Shown piece after piece: positions 61,498 to 64,000 of a stretch of DNA of 64,000 bases. This DNA comes from Podospora anserina. Lineage: Eukaryota. Location of the stretch: NCBI GenBank assembly GCA_017654855.1, contig CM030336.1, positions 868,001-932,000 on the forward strand. The letters run 5' to 3'. The translations under genes and the position numbers were made by a program. The notes beneath the pieces are model-generated. The model saw only the letters and a list, made by a program, of their open reading frames with translations, was not told the DNA's origin and did not search any database. Position 1 is the first letter of the stretch. Each line of letters begins with the position of its first letter.

Positions 61498-62534
61498 TGT
61501 CTTTTGTTGTTGTTTGTGTTATTACTCTTGCAGCTTATATGATTGCTACTCAACATCTCAGGGCTCAAGTTGGTCTGATGACCCCCCGTTGCTTAGCCAA
61601 GACATTGCACTCATGACATTGATCACAAGCCAACAATGACACGCACCAAAACTTCCAACAAGGTACAGACCTTGGGATCAGGCACAGAAGTTGACATTCC
61701 CATCTTTAAACAGGTCGTTTTAGGCCCAGGTCCACTGAAGATCATCCATCTGCACGTCACTCGCTTCCCGCATGAAATTACATCTCACCCCAAGCCTCAA
61801 AAAGCTGGCCAACAAGCCACTCATAAAACGGCCCGCTCCCCGTTTCAGCCCTTTGTTAACAAAAAGTCCGGGGTAGACAATGCATCTGCATGGCAAAATG
61901 CGCCAGCCTGCGCCGCTGGGGTTTCCTCAAAACAAAACGTCGGAAGCAGCTCTTGTTGGTCGAATTCCGGGGATCTGATTTGACGGTTTTTGTGAAGGAC
62001 AACAATTAGCGCCGCAGGGCTCACGAGAGCAGCGACCCAAACGGGCGGGTGACCCTAATTTTAGCCCCCCGAAACAGGTCCCCGGGCCTGTTTTGAATGG
62101 GAAAGGTGCAATAGCACTGCAGGGTCTGAGGGTTTGAAGATGGGCCCAGGACGGATGACCGCTATTGTAGAGTTATTTTGTGAGTGTCATTATTCGGCTG
62201 TGGTGATCATCCGCCGACGGGTAGCTGAGACATAAGAGATAGCCCAGGTCAGTGGTCGCCGCTGGATATGACCTCGAGGTGTTGACATTCGGCTTGAACT
62301 ACATCGTTGCAGTCGACCACGGCCTTTTCTTCCTTTTGTCCTTTATTTTCTTATCAAGAATTTTTTGCCCTGGTGTGCGTTACGTTCTTATCGTGTGTGG
62401 CTGCTGTTGATCACAGTGCACTGTTGCGTCATCGTCAGCAAATACCGAATCCTTTTGCATTGCACAACATTATCACCACCAACACATTTTCGTGGTTGTG
62501 CCAGCACACATCGACAAACAACCTCCCTCTCAAA

Positions 62535-63188
62535 ATGTCCTCCTTCCACTCCCACCGCCTGTCCCTCCCGGACCGCACCCTCCGCAAACCCCAGAAACTG
62601 CGGTCCTCTCCCAAGATGGACGAAATGGAAGACATCGTGTACGATTCTCCCTCGTACACCAAACCCTCCCACCACGGGCCCCCCTCCCTCACCTCGAGCA
62701 CCTCGACCCTGGTCCCCTCCGACGGCGGGTCTTTGCTAGACCACTTCGACCTCCCCTCCCCTCCCTCAACCCCAGTCAAGTCAACCCATCAGTACTCCTC
62801 TCTCAACAGCTTCCAGTCGCCAGCTCTCTCCCCCGACCTTTTCTCCTCCTCCCTGTCACCCCCTTCGTCACCAAGCCCAAGACGTGACCGCCACAGTGGT
62901 CGTCGGAGATCTCACTCGAGGAGTTCATCATCCTCGTCAGTGTCATCGAGCTCATCAGCTATGGAACTGGATGGTGGTTATGGAGGAGCGGATGGGGGTG
63001 TAGTCCCTGTTGTGAGATCGAGCAGACGGACGCCGTATTATCCCCCGAACTCGTCGCGGTCGGTGGACAGGGCGAGGGTGTATATGAATCGGGGGCCGCA
63101 TTATGTCCCGAATTGGACGCCGATGAGCAGTTTGCCTAGGCATGTGCAGTTGCAGATTGAGGAGAGGATGGTGAAGTTTACTGCTTGA
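62535..63188 (+). CDS. Ser/Pro-rich intrinsically disordered hypothetical protein
   Basis: CAAAATG start context at MSSFHSH; conserved-looking C-terminus YMNRGPHYVPNWTP..LQIEERM. Confidence 0.6.
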   Translation: MSSFHSHRLSLPDRTLRKPQKLRSSPKMDEMEDIVYDSPSYTKPSHHGPPSLTSSTSTLVPSDGGSLLDHFDLPSPPSTPVKSTHQYSSLNSFQSPALSPDLFSSSLSPPSSPSPRRDRHSGRRRSHSRSSSSSSVSSSSSAMELDGGYGGADGGVVPVVRSSRRTPYYPPNSSRSVDRARVYMNRGPHYVPNWTPMSSLPRHVQLQIEERMVKFTA

Positions 63189-64000
63189 TCTTGAGGCGGG
63201 CTGTGTGTTGGGTTTTCTTTTGTTCAAGGGGGTTTGGGTCGGTTGGCATTTGGCAGGTATGGGAATTGGTGCATTGCTTTTTGGGTTGGGTTAGGATGCA
63301 TTATGGTTAGATGGTTGGGATGGGAACAGGGCTTTGGGTGGGAAAAGGGGCGTTTTGGGTATTTGGGTGTTTGATGGGCATAGGTAATAGTCTTTTTGAC
63401 AGGGGGGTTTAACTTCGCTGTTCAATCTTGACGTTTGTATTGACTTGAATTGTTATGCTACGGTGCTTTGCCATTCTCTATTCTGCAAGTATTGTTGTGA
63501 GTTGAGATGGTACCATCCCGGTGCCGTGTTCCTGGTGTTCCCTTTAACTGACCTCTCGAATCCAACATCCAGTACTGAGACTCTTGGCAGTGGAAATACG
63601 GCAGTAGTATTTAGCCAGGCTATGTCTTAAGACATGAGAGGTTGTACTAATCAACGAAATCATGCCTCTTCACTGTCTCCGACGCTGTACCCAAGCACAC
63701 ACCTTACTAACCTAATTCCAGCCCTGTATGGGCAGTGATACTTCTCGTGTTACTCTGATAGTACCAACCCAAATTCAAACCCAGAATTCTTATTTTGACA
63801 TGATTCATTTCTATGCTCAAAATACAGCAAAACCCGGTGCTTTCTGGTGAAGGGTATATCCTCATTGGCAGTCCTTCCTGCGCCCCTGAAGCAGGGCTAG
63901 CCACCAAGTACCAAGACTGCGGGCTTTGGGCCAACAAAACCGGCCTCGGTTAGCACTTATGGAATGGGTCGGGGAATTTGGAAGCAGTTGGTGCAAGGTT

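Overview
Eukaryotic genomic DNA from a filamentous ascomycete. Short GT-AG introns with CTRAC branch points and the gene repertoire point to Sordariales, Podospora-like (inference). There are about 20 intact spliced genes: a Na/K-type P2C/ACU-like P-ATPase, trehalose-6-phosphate synthase, a P450, a degenerate nuclease-like protein, a HEXXH metalloprotease-like protein, a cerato-platanin-like protein, glycosylasparaginase, a HIRIP3-like chromatin protein, AP-1 beta-adaptin, a SNF2/RING helicase, a NACHT NLR with C2H2 zinc fingers and ankyrin-like repeats, a TAP-like hydrolase, a BBE-like FAD oxidase, an 8-Cys secreted peptide, a pepsin-fold membrane protein, a SesA/HeLo-like-ankyrin protein, a NOP-1-type opsin and a CPV/His-rich protein. 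There are also two intron-containing tRNAs and several pseudogenes, some with RIP-like C>T/G>A lesions. The best candidate for an undescribed system is the tightly linked SNF2-RING helicase + NACHT-C2H2-ankyrin NLR pair. Second is the opsin divergently paired with a 6xCPV (heme-regulatory-motif-like) protein. All family assignments come from motif recognition by eye; no searches were run.
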